In this document: positions 44,043 through 55,096 of the stretch, piece by piece
How positions within the stretch are numbered: position 1 is the first letter of the stretch
How the letters are laid out: each line of letters begins with the position of its first letter
Program-made: the position numbers and the translations under genes
Assembly: GCA_965206695.1 (NCBI GenBank)
Contig: CBDBKM010000010.1
Span: 416,001 to 480,000 of the forward strand
Reading direction: 5' to 3'
DNA length: 64,000 nucleotides
Origin: Chlamydiales bacterium
GTDB lineage: Bacteria > Chlamydiota > Chlamydiia > Chlamydiales > JAAZZY01
The notes under the pieces: model-generated
The model's input: only the letters and a program-made list of their open reading frames with translations
Told to the model about the DNA's origin: nothing
The model's database searches: none

Positions 44043-46544
44043 CTAGATGGTTGCTTTTTTAGCTTGTATAATAGCGGGACAGTCCGGAACAGGATTTTGA
44101 GAGACTCCCCAGATATCTTTGGCGTATTGTTTAACAGCTCTATCGGCAGAAAAAAAACCCATATTAGCCGTATTGCAAATTGACATCTTGGTCCATTTGT
44201 CTTGATCTTTATAAGATTCGTTAACTCTTTGTTGGCATTCAATGTAGGCGGCATAATCTGCTAAGACAAAATACTGATCCCCATCTTTTAAAAGAGAGTC
44301 GATGATTGGCCGGAATAAAGAGGGCTCTTCTAAGTTAAAATATCCTTTCCGGATCATATCTAAAACTTGTTTCAGTTGAGCATTTTTTTCATAATATTCA
44401 GTCGGGTTATATTCGGAGTGTTGTAAATTTTGAATTTCATCTGCGTTCATTCCGAAAATAAAAATGTTATCGTCACCTACAGAATCTTTTATCTCAATAT
44501 TTGCGCCGTCCAATGTTCCGATAGTCAACGCGCCATTAAGAGCGTATTTCATATTCCCTGTGCCCGATGCTTCATATCCTGCTGTAGAAATCTGTTCAGA
44601 TAAATCAGCTGCCGGTATCAATTTTTCAGCTAGAGAGACTCTATAGTCAGGCAAAAAAACAACTTTAAGCATTTGATCTAATTCCGGGTCATTGTTGATA
44701 ACCTGTCCTACTGTATTGATGAGTTTAATAATCAGTTTAGCCATTTTATAAGTAGGAGCTGCCTTACCACTAAAGATGACAGTTCTGGGGACATAATCAC
44801 CGTTAGGGTTTTCTTTAATCTGATTATATAACGTAATGACATGTAAGAGATTTAATAATTGTCTTTTATATTCATGAAATCGTTTGCTCTGGCAATCGAA
44901 AAGGGTCTGAGGATAGACTTTTATTTTATAATTCTCTTCTATATATCCAATTAAACGTTCCTTGTTTTTTCGCTTAGCTTCCGCCCACTTTATTCTAAAA
45001 TCAGAATCATTGGTTAAGGGCATTAAATTTTTTAAAAGATCTAAATCTCGAGCCCATTCTCTTCCTATACGTTCAGTAATCAGTTGGGATAAGGCATGAT
45101 TAGCTTGTTTGAGCCATCGCCTAGGGGTGATGCCATTTGTTACATTGGTGAATCTTTCAGGAAAGAGTTCATAGAAATCTTTGAAAAGTTGATTTTTCAA
45201 TATTTCAGAATGAAGTTTAGAAACCCCATTGATTTTATGAGATCCTATAATAGAGAGATGAGCCATATTAATGCTCTCAACTTTTCCACCTTCGATAATA
45301 GACATACGATTTAATCGATTAACATCATTGGGATGAAGATTCAAGATATGTCTTAAAAAATGGCTGTTGATTTCATAGATGATAATAAGATGCCTAGGCA
45401 AAATCTTGCCTATTAAAGGTACCGGCCAGCGCTCTAAAGCCTCCGGTAAAACAGTGTGATTGGTATAGGAACAAATTTCAAACGTCATATCAAAAGCTTT
45501 TTTCCATTCATAACCCTCGATGTCCATTAGGAGTCGCATTAGTTCAGGGATAGCCAGGGAAGGGTGGGTGTCATTGAGTTGAACGGCTACTTTTTCCGGG
45601 AGGTTCTCTAAACTCTCAAAATCGCGTTTATGACGTTTTATGATATCTTGCAACGTTGCGGAAACTAAAAAGAATTCTTGTTTAAGACGTAATTCTATTC
45701 CTTGTTCCATATCATCGTTAGGATATAAGACTTTTGTGATCGTTTTAGTTAAAACCTTGTCTTGAATAGCTTTTAAGTAATCACCATGATTAAAATAATC
45801 TAAATTAAATTCATCAGTAGCTTGAGCAGACCATAATCTTAAGCTGTTGATTGTATTGGTTGCAAATCCCGGGTAAGGAGAATCATGTGCGATAGCAAGC
45901 ACTTCTTCTTGCTCTATCCATTCATGATAGACCTCACCATTCTCTCCTTTTTTTTCTATGACTTTTCCATAAAATGGAACGGTATAGGTAAGATCGGTTC
46001 TTTTTATTTCCCAGAAATTACCATATTTCAGCCAATTATCAGGGGTTTCTATTTGATAGCCATCTTGTATCAACTGTTTAAATATGCCATAGTCATATCG
46101 AAGCCCGTATCCAAACGCCGGAATATCTACAGTAGACATAGAATCTAAATAACAAGCCGCTAATCTTCCAAGACCACCATTACCTAAACCGGCGTCTAGT
46201 TCGAGGTCTGCCAAGTCTTCCATATCCATACCAAGAGCTTTGATGGTATCAGAACAATCTTTATATAGGCCAAGATTGACCATGATCTTACGAAGGCTTT
46301 GTCCCGTGAGAAATTCTAAAGAGAGATAACAAACAAATTTGGGTTTTTCTTCTAATCGATATTTGAAGGTCTCTACCCACCGATCGATCAAACGATTGGT
46401 TAAAGCTGTAGCTACGGAATAAAGATAGTCATATTCGTTTGCCCATTCAGGAAGACGGTATCGTCTGTAGCGCAAAATATGAAAAATTTCATTTCGCAGG
46501 CTCTCAATGAAATCTGCGTTTACCTCTTCTTCTTGTTCGGACAT
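44043..46544 (-). CDS. glgP: Glycogen phosphorylase
   Basis: GLGNGGLGRLAAC, QLNDTHP, KRFHEYKRQ, EASGTGNMK. Confidence 0.97.
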   Translation of the reverse strand: MSEQEEEVNADFIESLRNEIFHILRYRRYRLPEWANEYDYLYSVATALTNRLIDRWVETFKYRLEEKPKFVCYLSLEFLTGQSLRKIMVNLGLYKDCSDTIKALGMDMEDLADLELDAGLGNGGLGRLAACYLDSMSTVDIPAFGYGLRYDYGIFKQLIQDGYQIETPDNWLKYGNFWEIKRTDLTYTVPFYGKVIEKKGENGEVYHEWIEQEEVLAIAHDSPYPGFATNTINSLRLWSAQATDEFNLDYFNHGDYLKAIQDKVLTKTITKVLYPNDDMEQGIELRLKQEFFLVSATLQDIIKRHKRDFESLENLPEKVAVQLNDTHPSLAIPELMRLLMDIEGYEWKKAFDMTFEICSYTNHTVLPEALERWPVPLIGKILPRHLIIIYEINSHFLRHILNLHPNDVNRLNRMSIIEGGKVESINMAHLSIIGSHKINGVSKLHSEILKNQLFKDFYELFPERFTNVTNGITPRRWLKQANHALSQLITERIGREWARDLDLLKNLMPLTNDSDFRIKWAEAKRKNKERLIGYIEENYKIKVYPQTLFDCQSKRFHEYKRQLLNLLHVITLYNQIKENPNGDYVPRTVIFSGKAAPTYKMAKLIIKLINTVGQVINNDPELDQMLKVVFLPDYRVSLAEKLIPAADLSEQISTAGYEASGTGNMKYALNGALTIGTLDGANIEIKDSVGDDNIFIFGMNADEIQNLQHSEYNPTEYYEKNAQLKQVLDMIRKGYFNLEEPSLFRPIIDSLLKDGDQYFVLADYAAYIECQQRVNESYKDQDKWTKMSICNTANMGFFSADRAVKQYAKDIWGVSQNPVPDCPAIIQAKKATI

Positions 46545-46629
46545 GAAAAAACCTCATTAGACTCGGAATGGATCAGGGCATTATCGTATAAGATGTCTCT
46601 ATTACTTAATTAGAGGAATTTGTCAAATC

Positions 46630-46956
46630 TTAATAAGTGTCGATCTTGGCAGCCATAATGAAATCATTTTCTGATAAGCCGTTAATGATATGTGTAAAGA
46701 AAATGAGTTGCACTTTGTTATAGCTGATGTGAATATCAGGGTGATGGCCCTCTTCTTCTGCTAAGGTTGCAATCTCATTGACAAACTTGATAGCTTGTTT
46801 AAAGTTATTAAACTTAAAAGCTTTATGAAGGATATGGTGCGTCTCTTTCGCTATTTCCCAAGTGGGGATTTCGCGATAGAATCGATCTTCTTCCTCGCCA
46901 TTTAGAGGAGGCGAGTCTTTCTTGCAAGGGGTGCATTTCTTAGATGTAAGATCCAT
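46630..46956 (-). CDS. Pterin-4-alpha-carbinolamine dehydratase
   Basis: AEEEGHHPDI, TH.I.GLSENDFIMAAKID. Confidence 0.92.
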   Translation of the reverse strand: MDLTSKKCTPCKKDSPPLNGEEEDRFYREIPTWEIAKETHHILHKAFKFNNFKQAIKFVNEIATLAEEEGHHPDIHISYNKVQLIFFTHIINGLSENDFIMAAKIDTY

Positions 46957-47186
46957 ATGGGATATCTCAAAATGTTACGTTAATGATTTTACTGTAACCT
47001 ATCTTTTTTTTCTTGATCTATCTTTTTTCTTATCCTTCTTTAAATGACCGGTTTAAGATTTAAAAAATAATGAAGAAAAAACTCATTTTCTATATACTTG
47101 TTTCAGGCGTTGGCAAGCGTTTGATTTTAAAGCACACAATTAGTTATAGATTGGTTTATATGGTGATCATAGATTCTCCCTTATGT

Positions 47187-48218
47187 ATGAATAAAAAACA
47201 AGACAAAGAACAGATTGATTATAAGTTTTATCCTGTTGATTCTAACGCAGTTATAAAAGAATTAGGCAGAGATAAACTGCTAGAGCTTTTAACTCAAATG
47301 TTACTGATTCGCAACTTCGAAATACGGGCAGAAGGAGCCTATTTGCAAGGGTATATTGGTGGTTTTTTTCATGCTTATATGGGGCAAGAAGCTGTTCAAG
47401 TAGCTGCAGTTGAAGCCTTTGGGGCTCTTAACTGGTGGACAACAACGTATCGATGTCATGCTTTAGCACTTTTATTGGGAATGACGCCTAATGAAGGGAT
47501 GGCGGAATTATTTGGTAAAGAAACAGGTAATGCTAAAGGTAGAGGAGGATCTATGCACTTATATGCGGATCGTCTTCTAGGTGGTTTTGGTATTGTGGGA
47601 GGACATCTGCCTATCGCTTTAGGTGCAGGATTAACTCTTAAATGTCATAAGAATAGGGAAGAAATATCGATTGTTTTTTTAGGAGACGGCGCTGTTGCAC
47701 AAGGAACTTTTCACGAATCTTTAAACCTGGCTTCTTTATGGGATCTACCTTGTGTTTTTGTGATTGAGAATAATAAATGGGGTATGGGTACCTCGGTTGA
47801 TCGAGCGATATCTATAAAAAATATGGCTAAAAAGTTTTCTGAGTGTTATGGGATGCAGGGTTATACATTAAATGGAATGGAGATTTTTGATTGTTATCAA
47901 GGCTTTACAGATATCAAACAAGAGGTTTTAACAACGAGGCGTCCCTGTATTGTGGAAGTCGTAACCGACAGATTTCGTGGTCATTCTATTTCTGACCCGG
48001 GTTTATATCGCTCTAAAGAAGCATTACACAATATTATGGCAAATGGACCTATTCATCGTTTTCAGGAAAAACTGTTTCAACAAAAGATGCTAACTGAAGA
48101 GGAATTTAAAGAATTGGATAAAAAGCAAAAAGAAATTGTCTTAGCATCCATAACTTTTGCTGAAGAAAGTCCTTTTCCTGATTTAACGAGTTTAGAAGAA
48201 GGCGTATACTCTGACTGA
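47187..48218 (+). CDS. pdhA: Pyruvate dehydrogenase E1 alpha
   Basis: GFFH.Y.GQEA, GRGGSMH, GDGA...N, RFRGHSISDP; start chosen at the internal ATG. Confidence 0.94.
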   Translation: MNKKQDKEQIDYKFYPVDSNAVIKELGRDKLLELLTQMLLIRNFEIRAEGAYLQGYIGGFFHAYMGQEAVQVAAVEAFGALNWWTTTYRCHALALLLGMTPNEGMAELFGKETGNAKGRGGSMHLYADRLLGGFGIVGGHLPIALGAGLTLKCHKNREEISIVFLGDGAVAQGTFHESLNLASLWDLPCVFVIENNKWGMGTSVDRAISIKNMAKKFSECYGMQGYTLNGMEIFDCYQGFTDIKQEVLTTRRPCIVEVVTDRFRGHSISDPGLYRSKEALHNIMANGPIHRFQEKLFQQKMLTEEEFKELDKKQKEIVLASITFAEESPFPDLTSLEEGVYSD

Positions 48219-48228
48219 GGAAGAAAAA

Positions 48229-49212
48229 ATGGGCACACAATTGGTAGAAATTAGAGAAGCTATACGCCAAGCGATGGATGAAGAGATGGAAAGGGATTCT
48301 AATATCATCATCCTTGGAGAGGAAGTAGCTGAATATAATGGAGCATATAAAGTTACTAAAGGGATGCTTGATAAATGGGGACCTGAAAGGATTTTAGATA
48401 CCCCGATATCAGAATCTGCTTTTACCGGCATGGCAATAGGTGCTGCTATGACAGGCTTAAGGCCGATTGTCGAATTTATGAGTTTTAATTTTTCATTTGT
48501 AGCAGCTGATCAGATCATATCGAATGCTGTTAAACTCTTTTATATGTCCGGTGGTCGCTTTAATGTTCCTGTTGTTTTTAGAGGACCTAATGGCGCGGCA
48601 GCTCAAGTATCTTGCCAACATTCTCATTGCGTTGAATCACTTTATGGGAACTTTCCCGGGCTATATATTGTAAGTCCCGGTGATGCCTATGATTCGAAAG
48701 GATTATTAAAAACAGCAATTCGTAACAATAACCCTGTCTTATTTTTAGAAAACGAACTGATTTATAGCGAGAAAATGGAGATTCCTGAAGAAGAATATCT
48801 TATTCCGTTGGGCAAAGCGAAAGTCTTACAAACCGGCAGTGATCTTACTCTTATAGGTTATAGTCGTATGCTTGCGTACTGCAAAGAAGCTATTCAAGTA
48901 TTGTCTAAGCAAGGAGTTAGTATAGAATTGATAGATTTGCGTTCTTTAAGACCTTTAGATATCACTACCATAACAGAATCTATTAGAAAAACACATCATT
49001 GTGTGTTGGTAGAAGAAGGACATGTCTATGCAGGTATTTCTGCAGAAATAGGATTCCAAATCCAAGAACGTGTTTTTGATTTTTTAGATGCACCTATTGA
49101 AAGAGTCTGTCAAAAAGAGACGCCAATGCCGTATTCTAAATATTTAGAAAGAGAAACTCTTCCCAACCCCGAACGCATCATTCAAGTGATAAATAAAGCC
49201 TTGAACCGTTAA
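48229..49212 (+). CDS. pdhB: Pyruvate dehydrogenase E1 beta
   Basis: GEEV, DTPISE, VFRGPNG, QHS, IDLRSLRPLD. Confidence 0.95.
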   Translation: MGTQLVEIREAIRQAMDEEMERDSNIIILGEEVAEYNGAYKVTKGMLDKWGPERILDTPISESAFTGMAIGAAMTGLRPIVEFMSFNFSFVAADQIISNAVKLFYMSGGRFNVPVVFRGPNGAAAQVSCQHSHCVESLYGNFPGLYIVSPGDAYDSKGLLKTAIRNNNPVLFLENELIYSEKMEIPEEEYLIPLGKAKVLQTGSDLTLIGYSRMLAYCKEAIQVLSKQGVSIELIDLRSLRPLDITTITESIRKTHHCVLVEEGHVYAGISAEIGFQIQERVFDFLDAPIERVCQKETPMPYSKYLERETLPNPERIIQVINKALNR

Positions 49213-49226
49213 ATTGGAGACGCACC

Positions 49227-50543
49227 ATGCCTTTTACTTTTACTATGCCGAAATTATCTCCTACCATGGAAATCGGAGTTATAGCCAAATGGCACAAAAA
49301 AGAAGGTGACCACATAGATGCAGGAGAAGTCGTCTTAGAAGTGACAACTGATAAAGCGACTGTAGAACATAGCGCTTTGGATGAAGGGTGGCTGAAAAAA
49401 ATTTTAGTATCGGAAGGGGAAGAGGCAAAAGTTAACCAACCTATTGCGATATTTACAACAGAAAACAATGAAAGTATTGAAGGGTATGAGCCGGTAGGTA
49501 TTCAGTTAGAAGGTGAAAAACCTATTGTTGAAGAAAAGGCAGTAGAACAATCAGATACGTCACAAGCCAAAGAAGTAGAGACTCCTTCTAAAACAAAGGC
49601 TACCGGTAGCATGAATCAACCTGCTTTTGAGCCGACAGAACCTCTTAAAGACTACACGTTTGAATTTCCCGGTGAACAGATATCAAAAAGAATAGCCGCT
49701 TCTCCTTTAGCTAAAAAGCTGGCGAAAGAACGGCATTTAGATATTACGACAGTAAAAGGGTCCGGACCGGGAGGGCGAGTAGTCTCTCAAGATTTGGAAA
49801 AGGCTCAATCATCAGGTATTGTTTCATTTTCGAGACGTGAGGTACCTCAACTTCCTCCCGGCTCATATGAAGAAATACCCTTATCTCCGGTTCAAAAGAT
49901 TGTAGGTGAGAGGCTGCAAGCAGCCAAAGCCTTGATCCCCCATTTTTATGTGACACAAGAAATAGATGCGGATCCACTTATTAAAGTTAGAGAGGAATTA
50001 AAAAATCTCAATGTGAAACTCAGTTTCAATGATTTTATCATGAAAGCATGCGCTTTAGCTTTAAAAATTCATCCAAATATCAATAGTGGCTTTAACACCG
50101 TCAATAATACCGGTATTCACTTTAAAACGATTGATATTGCTGTTGCTGTTAGTTTAGATGAAGGCTTAATTACACCTATCGTTCGCCATGCTGATTTTAA
50201 AAATATTGGTGAGATTGCTGTAGAGGTTAAATCATTAGCCAAACGGGCAAGAGACGGTAAGTTGGCTATGCAAGAATTTCAAGGGGGATCCTTTACTGTT
50301 TCGAATGCCGGTATGTATGGTATAACCGAGCTCTTTCCTGTTATTAATCCACCTCAGTCTGCTATTTTAGGAGTAGGTGGTATTAAAGAAGTTGCCAGAG
50401 TTAAAGGATCTGTTGTCGTGCCGGGTAATCAAATCTCGCTAGTATTAGCAGCGGATCATCGCTCTGTTAATGGTGCTGCAGGGGCCGATTTTTTAAGAAC
50501 ACTAAAAAGCTTTTTAGAAAATCCTTCCGGACTGTTACTTTAG
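49227..50543 (+). CDS. pdhC: Pyruvate dehydrogenase E2, dihydrolipoamide acetyltransferase
   Basis: MPKLSPTM, lipoyl TDKA, ASPLAKKLA, GSGPGGR, DHR. Confidence 0.95.
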   Translation: MPFTFTMPKLSPTMEIGVIAKWHKKEGDHIDAGEVVLEVTTDKATVEHSALDEGWLKKILVSEGEEAKVNQPIAIFTTENNESIEGYEPVGIQLEGEKPIVEEKAVEQSDTSQAKEVETPSKTKATGSMNQPAFEPTEPLKDYTFEFPGEQISKRIAASPLAKKLAKERHLDITTVKGSGPGGRVVSQDLEKAQSSGIVSFSRREVPQLPPGSYEEIPLSPVQKIVGERLQAAKALIPHFYVTQEIDADPLIKVREELKNLNVKLSFNDFIMKACALALKIHPNINSGFNTVNNTGIHFKTIDIAVAVSLDEGLITPIVRHADFKNIGEIAVEVKSLAKRARDGKLAMQEFQGGSFTVSNAGMYGITELFPVINPPQSAILGVGGIKEVARVKGSVVVPGNQISLVLAADHRSVNGAAGADFLRTLKSFLENPSGLLL

Positions 50544-52798
50544 GACTCGGATTGTATCCCTTGAATGATTTTTTGTAGAACTTCGCGCACTTGTTTAGGC
50601 GATTCTAACATGTAGTTACTGGGAGCGTCTAAAGCTCCTACGTGGATGCTAGTAGCATAATCAGGTAATTTCGGATACATTTCCCTATCTGTTCGATCAT
50701 CTCCAATACATAGGATAAAAGTGTTTTTATTTTCATTTTTTAGAATATCTTTTACATAATTGCCTTTCGATACACCACTAGCCCTTACTTCTACAACTTG
50801 ATGTCCTGTTAAAATATGGACCGGTAAATTAGCTAAGACATCTTTTAATGAATTTCTAAGCTCTTTAGCCCGCCACTTACCATAATCGAGATCAGCCATT
50901 CGATAATGCCAAGCTAAAGAACAGGCTTTGACTTCTAATAAAGAGCCGGGTACTTCTTTTGATACTATTTCAAAGATTTCACGCACCGTAGGCATCCAGC
51001 TTAAATCGGCATTATATCGGTTTATCCACTCCCCACCCGGATTTTTCACTTTGAAACCATGTTCAGCACAAAGAAATATATTTAAATGACTAAGCCAATC
51101 TTCTAAGTTTGTATGACCCCTCCCACTGACAACGTATACTTCTGAATTAGGCAGTCTAGACAAGTCCTTTAAGAGTTGTAAAATTTCTTTTGTTGGCTTC
51201 GCATCGATAGGGTTTTTAGTCAGTTCTCTTAGTGTTCCATCATAATCTAAGATGAAGATACGTTTTATAGCCTTTTTAGCTTTTTCAATCAGTTTCGGTA
51301 AGATATTATTTTTTAAAATACAGGCGAGTTTTCCGCTCTTATTAATCTCTACAATTTTATCGAGATTGTCTAAAAATTTTTTTGCCCAAGTAGGACTATT
51401 TAATTCTTTTACATGCTCAGCCATGATATGCATGCGTTCAGAGCGTTCAGATTGAGGCATATCCAAAGCTTCTTCAATGGCGTCAGCTGTTTGTTCTATG
51501 TTATAGGGGTTTACAAGAATGGATCGTGAAAGACTATGAGAAGCTCCGGCAAACTCACTTAATATCAGTATTCCCGGTTTACTTTTGCTTTGTGGTTTTT
51601 TTTCCGTCTGACAGAAAACAAATTCTTCAGCCACTAAATTCATACCGTCCCTAACGGGCGTAACTAATCCAACGTCTGCAAAATAGTAAAGAGCTGTTAA
51701 GTGTGATAAATCGAGATGTCTATGCAAGTATTGAATAGGCGTGAAGCCCGGCCTACTAAATTGTCCATTTAATTGACCAATCATTTCTTCAATCTCAGAT
51801 TTTAACTCCTGATATTCCCATGTTTCCAAGCGCGAGGGTACTAATACTTGTAATAGAACAACCTTTTGAGAGTATTTAGTACTTTTTTCTAAGAAACGTT
51901 CAAATGCTTTTAGTTTTAAAAGGATACCTTTTGTATAATCTAAGCGTTCGACACCTAAAAGAAGTTTTTGCGTGCCATACCTTTCTTTTAATTCAGTGAT
52001 TATTTTATTCGTTTCCGGTTTTTTCAAGGCTTTTTTAAATTGATCCACATCAATGCCTATCGGATGGGTACCAAAGCCAATTCTTCTGCCTTGAAAAGAA
52101 AGTCCATTGGTGTCTGACTCTAGTCCTGATACCCTTAAACAAGAGGATCTAAAATGCCCGGTATAATCTGATGTTTGAAATCCAATATAGTCTGAGCCCA
52201 AGATCCCATTTAAAAGTGCTTCTCTTTCCGGTAATAATCGGTAAACTTCAGAAGAAGGGAATGGTATATGTAGAAAAAAACAGATTTTTAAATCAGGCCG
52301 TTGTTCTCGAAGTATCTGAGGTAGAAGCATGAGATGAAAATCATGTATCCAAATTTTGGCATTTTTAGGTGCTTCTTGGCTAATAGTTTTGGCAAAGGAT
52401 TCATTGACCGCCACATAATGCTGCCAAGAGTTATAGGCAAAAGTTGCTTTGTCTGTAAAATAATGAAAAATAGGCCATAACATTCCATTACAAATACCAT
52501 GATAATAATGCTCTTCTTCTTCTTTAGATAAGAAGACGGGTATTAAGTCTTCTTTCTTCAAGAGTTTTTTAATAAAGGCTTCTTCATCCTTATCAAATAG
52601 AACACCGGGCCATCCAATCCATGTAAAAGTCAGTTTTTTCTTAACTCCTTCAAGAGCAGAAATCAGTCCGCCGGAGCTTTTTCTAAGATTCCAAGAAGTC
52701 TCTTTTTTTTCTAAGGATATAGGAAGCCGGTTGCTTACTATATAAAGAGAAGATTTTTTTTGTGATGTAACCCTTTTATTCTTTTTGTTTTGTGTCAT
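50540..52798 (-). CDS. Fused trehalose-6-phosphate synthase/phosphatase
   Basis: GT20 motifs VSNRLP, HDFHL, HIPFP, ERLDYTKG, DGMNLVA, LSEFAGA; HAD motifs DYDGTL, SGR, GDDRTD. Confidence 0.93.
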   Translation of the reverse strand: MTQNKKNKRVTSQKKSSLYIVSNRLPISLEKKETSWNLRKSSGGLISALEGVKKKLTFTWIGWPGVLFDKDEEAFIKKLLKKEDLIPVFLSKEEEEHYYHGICNGMLWPIFHYFTDKATFAYNSWQHYVAVNESFAKTISQEAPKNAKIWIHDFHLMLLPQILREQRPDLKICFFLHIPFPSSEVYRLLPEREALLNGILGSDYIGFQTSDYTGHFRSSCLRVSGLESDTNGLSFQGRRIGFGTHPIGIDVDQFKKALKKPETNKIITELKERYGTQKLLLGVERLDYTKGILLKLKAFERFLEKSTKYSQKVVLLQVLVPSRLETWEYQELKSEIEEMIGQLNGQFSRPGFTPIQYLHRHLDLSHLTALYYFADVGLVTPVRDGMNLVAEEFVFCQTEKKPQSKSKPGILILSEFAGASHSLSRSILVNPYNIEQTADAIEEALDMPQSERSERMHIMAEHVKELNSPTWAKKFLDNLDKIVEINKSGKLACILKNNILPKLIEKAKKAIKRIFILDYDGTLRELTKNPIDAKPTKEILQLLKDLSRLPNSEVYVVSGRGHTNLEDWLSHLNIFLCAEHGFKVKNPGGEWINRYNADLSWMPTVREIFEIVSKEVPGSLLEVKACSLAWHYRMADLDYGKWRAKELRNSLKDVLANLPVHILTGHQVVEVRASGVSKGNYVKDILKNENKNTFILCIGDDRTDREMYPKLPDYATSIHVGALDAPSNYMLESPKQVREVLQKIIQGIQSES

Positions 52799-52999
52799 TT
52801 TTATTTGGCTAGTTAAGGGTTTTTTCTAATATAATTAGTATTAGCAGTTTATGAGGTTATTTGGCAAGCAATCATAGACTGTTAGTCGTTAATTGTTTAT
52901 CGAATACAGGAGTTGTGCGTTGAAGAAATATTGCTTGAAATATTTATGTAACTCATTTTCTTAAGTTGGCTATTATGTTTTTATTTTGGTTTGAAAAGA

Positions 53000-54262
53000 T
53001 ATGCCATTACGTAAATGTACAAAACATTACACCGGGTAATAAGACAGATGCTCAATCAAAGAGGCATTTATGCAGATAAAGGTTATTGTATGAATCCGGC
53101 TAAGCAAGCTGTTGCTAAACGTACGTGTCATTTAGCGGCTATTAAGAAAAATAATATGAAGGAAAAGAATAAAGACTACGATCGATGGTATAGTGGTTTA
53201 TAGTCATTTAATTTTACATTGATAAGATTGCTTGATCAATAGCGAATTTAAAATTCGTAACTTTTCGTAATATCTCTCTAACTTTATTTTTCATATTAGC
53301 CCAATATTTTTCTATAGGATTTAAGTCCGGAGAATATGGAGGAAGAAACATAAGCTTACAACCGGCAGATTCTACTGTTTTCCTGCTTTCCGCTGACTTG
53401 TGAAAACCGGCATTGTCAAGAACAAGAACACTACCGGGTGTAAGCTGAGGAGTCAAAACTTCCTTAAGCCAAATATTGAATAACCCGGTATTACAAGTAC
53501 CTTCAAAACACATTGGAGATAAAAACTGCCCTTTAGATAGGGCTGAAATAATATTTTGCCTTATAAAGCGGTTTCCTGAAACCGCTCCAAAAACTTTTTT
53601 GCCGCGTAAGCTTCTTCCGGACTCACGAAATAAAAATTGATGAATCCCGGTTTCATCGAGATAAATTCTCTTGTCAAAGGGAATATTTTTTAAATCTTTC
53701 ATAAAAGCTTCCCGTTTCTTTTCATCTCTTTCCTTATAGCGAGTAGTTTTTTTTTTCGTGTAATTTTTAATCTTTTAAGGGCATAAAAAATCGTTTGCGG
53801 AGTGACTGAAAAATAATCAGCAATTTCCGATAAAAAATAATCCGGATGTTTTTCTACATATTTAGATAACAACTCATCATCTAATTTCTTATAAGCATAT
53901 TTTCTGCGGATTGGCTTTAAATGTCCTTTTTGCTTTTTTTGCAAGATCCATCGATATATTGTTGCGATACCTACTTGAAAAATATGGCCGGCTGTTTTTT
54001 TATCATGATGTTTTTCTATATGTTGTCATACTTTCTCTCGAAGATCTACTGAATAGGCTCTAGGCATTGTTTTGTCCTTACTGTTTGTATAAAAAAAGAA
54101 GGATAACATATTATCAAATAAAAATTAAAATACTATACGCTCGCCTTATAAGCGAGTTTTTTCTCAGGATCCTAAGCGCATCCGTTATCGTGGTGTTTCT
54201 AAGAAGCAATTTTCGGCCTTGATGCAAGCGATAAGCTTGCATTTAAAACGCTTATTGGTGCT
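53000..54262 (+). mobile_element. IS5-family 3' remnant interrupted by IS630 copy 4
   Basis: YADKGY...DRWYSGL rejoins across the IS630 to RSPYKRVF...RYRG; left boundary approximate. Confidence 0.7.
53199..54137 (-). mobile_element. IS630-family element, copy 4 (nonsense in orfA)
   Basis: Reverse complement of the other copies; TA-bounded. Confidence 0.95.
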
Positions 54263-54747
54263 TGTCTACGTTCCGTCAAATTTTCCGGCTTGCAACAGCA
54301 AACTCCTATAAATAGCTTTAAAAGCTTTTAAAATAAACGATTAAAATCCAATCTAATTTTTTGCATTTCTAAATCCTAAAAACCTGTTAGCTCGCAACAC
54401 ACCCATTCAGTGACCATTGCTAACAACCGTTGATATAAGACGCCGACTGCCTTATGGTGGAGGAGCAGTGTACCGAATATAAGAGTTAACAAGAATATGA
54501 AACAAAACTTTAATCGAGACGCTTTCATCTCAATGCTTAAGCAAAGTATTTTATCGCTTAAGAGTCATAAATATTTTTTGTTTCAAAAATGAAGTCCTGA
54601 TCAGATTGAAGCATTCTGTTGGGATCTCAATTTTGCCCGTTTGAGTTATTAATCAGCTACTCCTTAATTGTTTAGTATAAATTATTTAATAAAATATGCT
54701 TTTTAACATAAAATTAACAATTAAATCGTATAATCTTTTTTATGTAA

Positions 54748-55051
54748 CCGACATTCCTAGACCGTAAGATATTTTTTTTGAATTAGAATTATAGATTGCC
54801 TATCCTGTTACTTTTTATTTGATACAAGGAGAAAAGTTATGCCGGAAGTTGCAGGAGATAATATTCAAACAGTGAACATGGATCACCATGGATTAATTGC
54901 AGCACTTTGCAGCGATCTAAAAGTAGCGGAAAGGATTGATACCGGATTAAAAAATCATCCACAAAGAAAAGTAAGTGCGGGACAGGCAGTAATTGCAATA
55001 AGGATGTATGGCTTAATTAGAAAAACTTGTTTAGAGGTCTAGGAATGTCGG
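54748..55051 (+). mobile_element. Internally deleted IS1634-like mini-element (304 bp)
   Basis: Perfect 16-bp IRs CCGACATTCCTAGACC; 6-bp target duplication ATGTAA; ORF 54839-55042 NMDHHGLIAALC...RKVSAGQAV is a DUF4277-like N-terminus. Confidence 0.85.
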
Positions 55052-55096
55052 ATGTAAAAACATATAAATATAATAAATAGGAAATATAAGTATATT

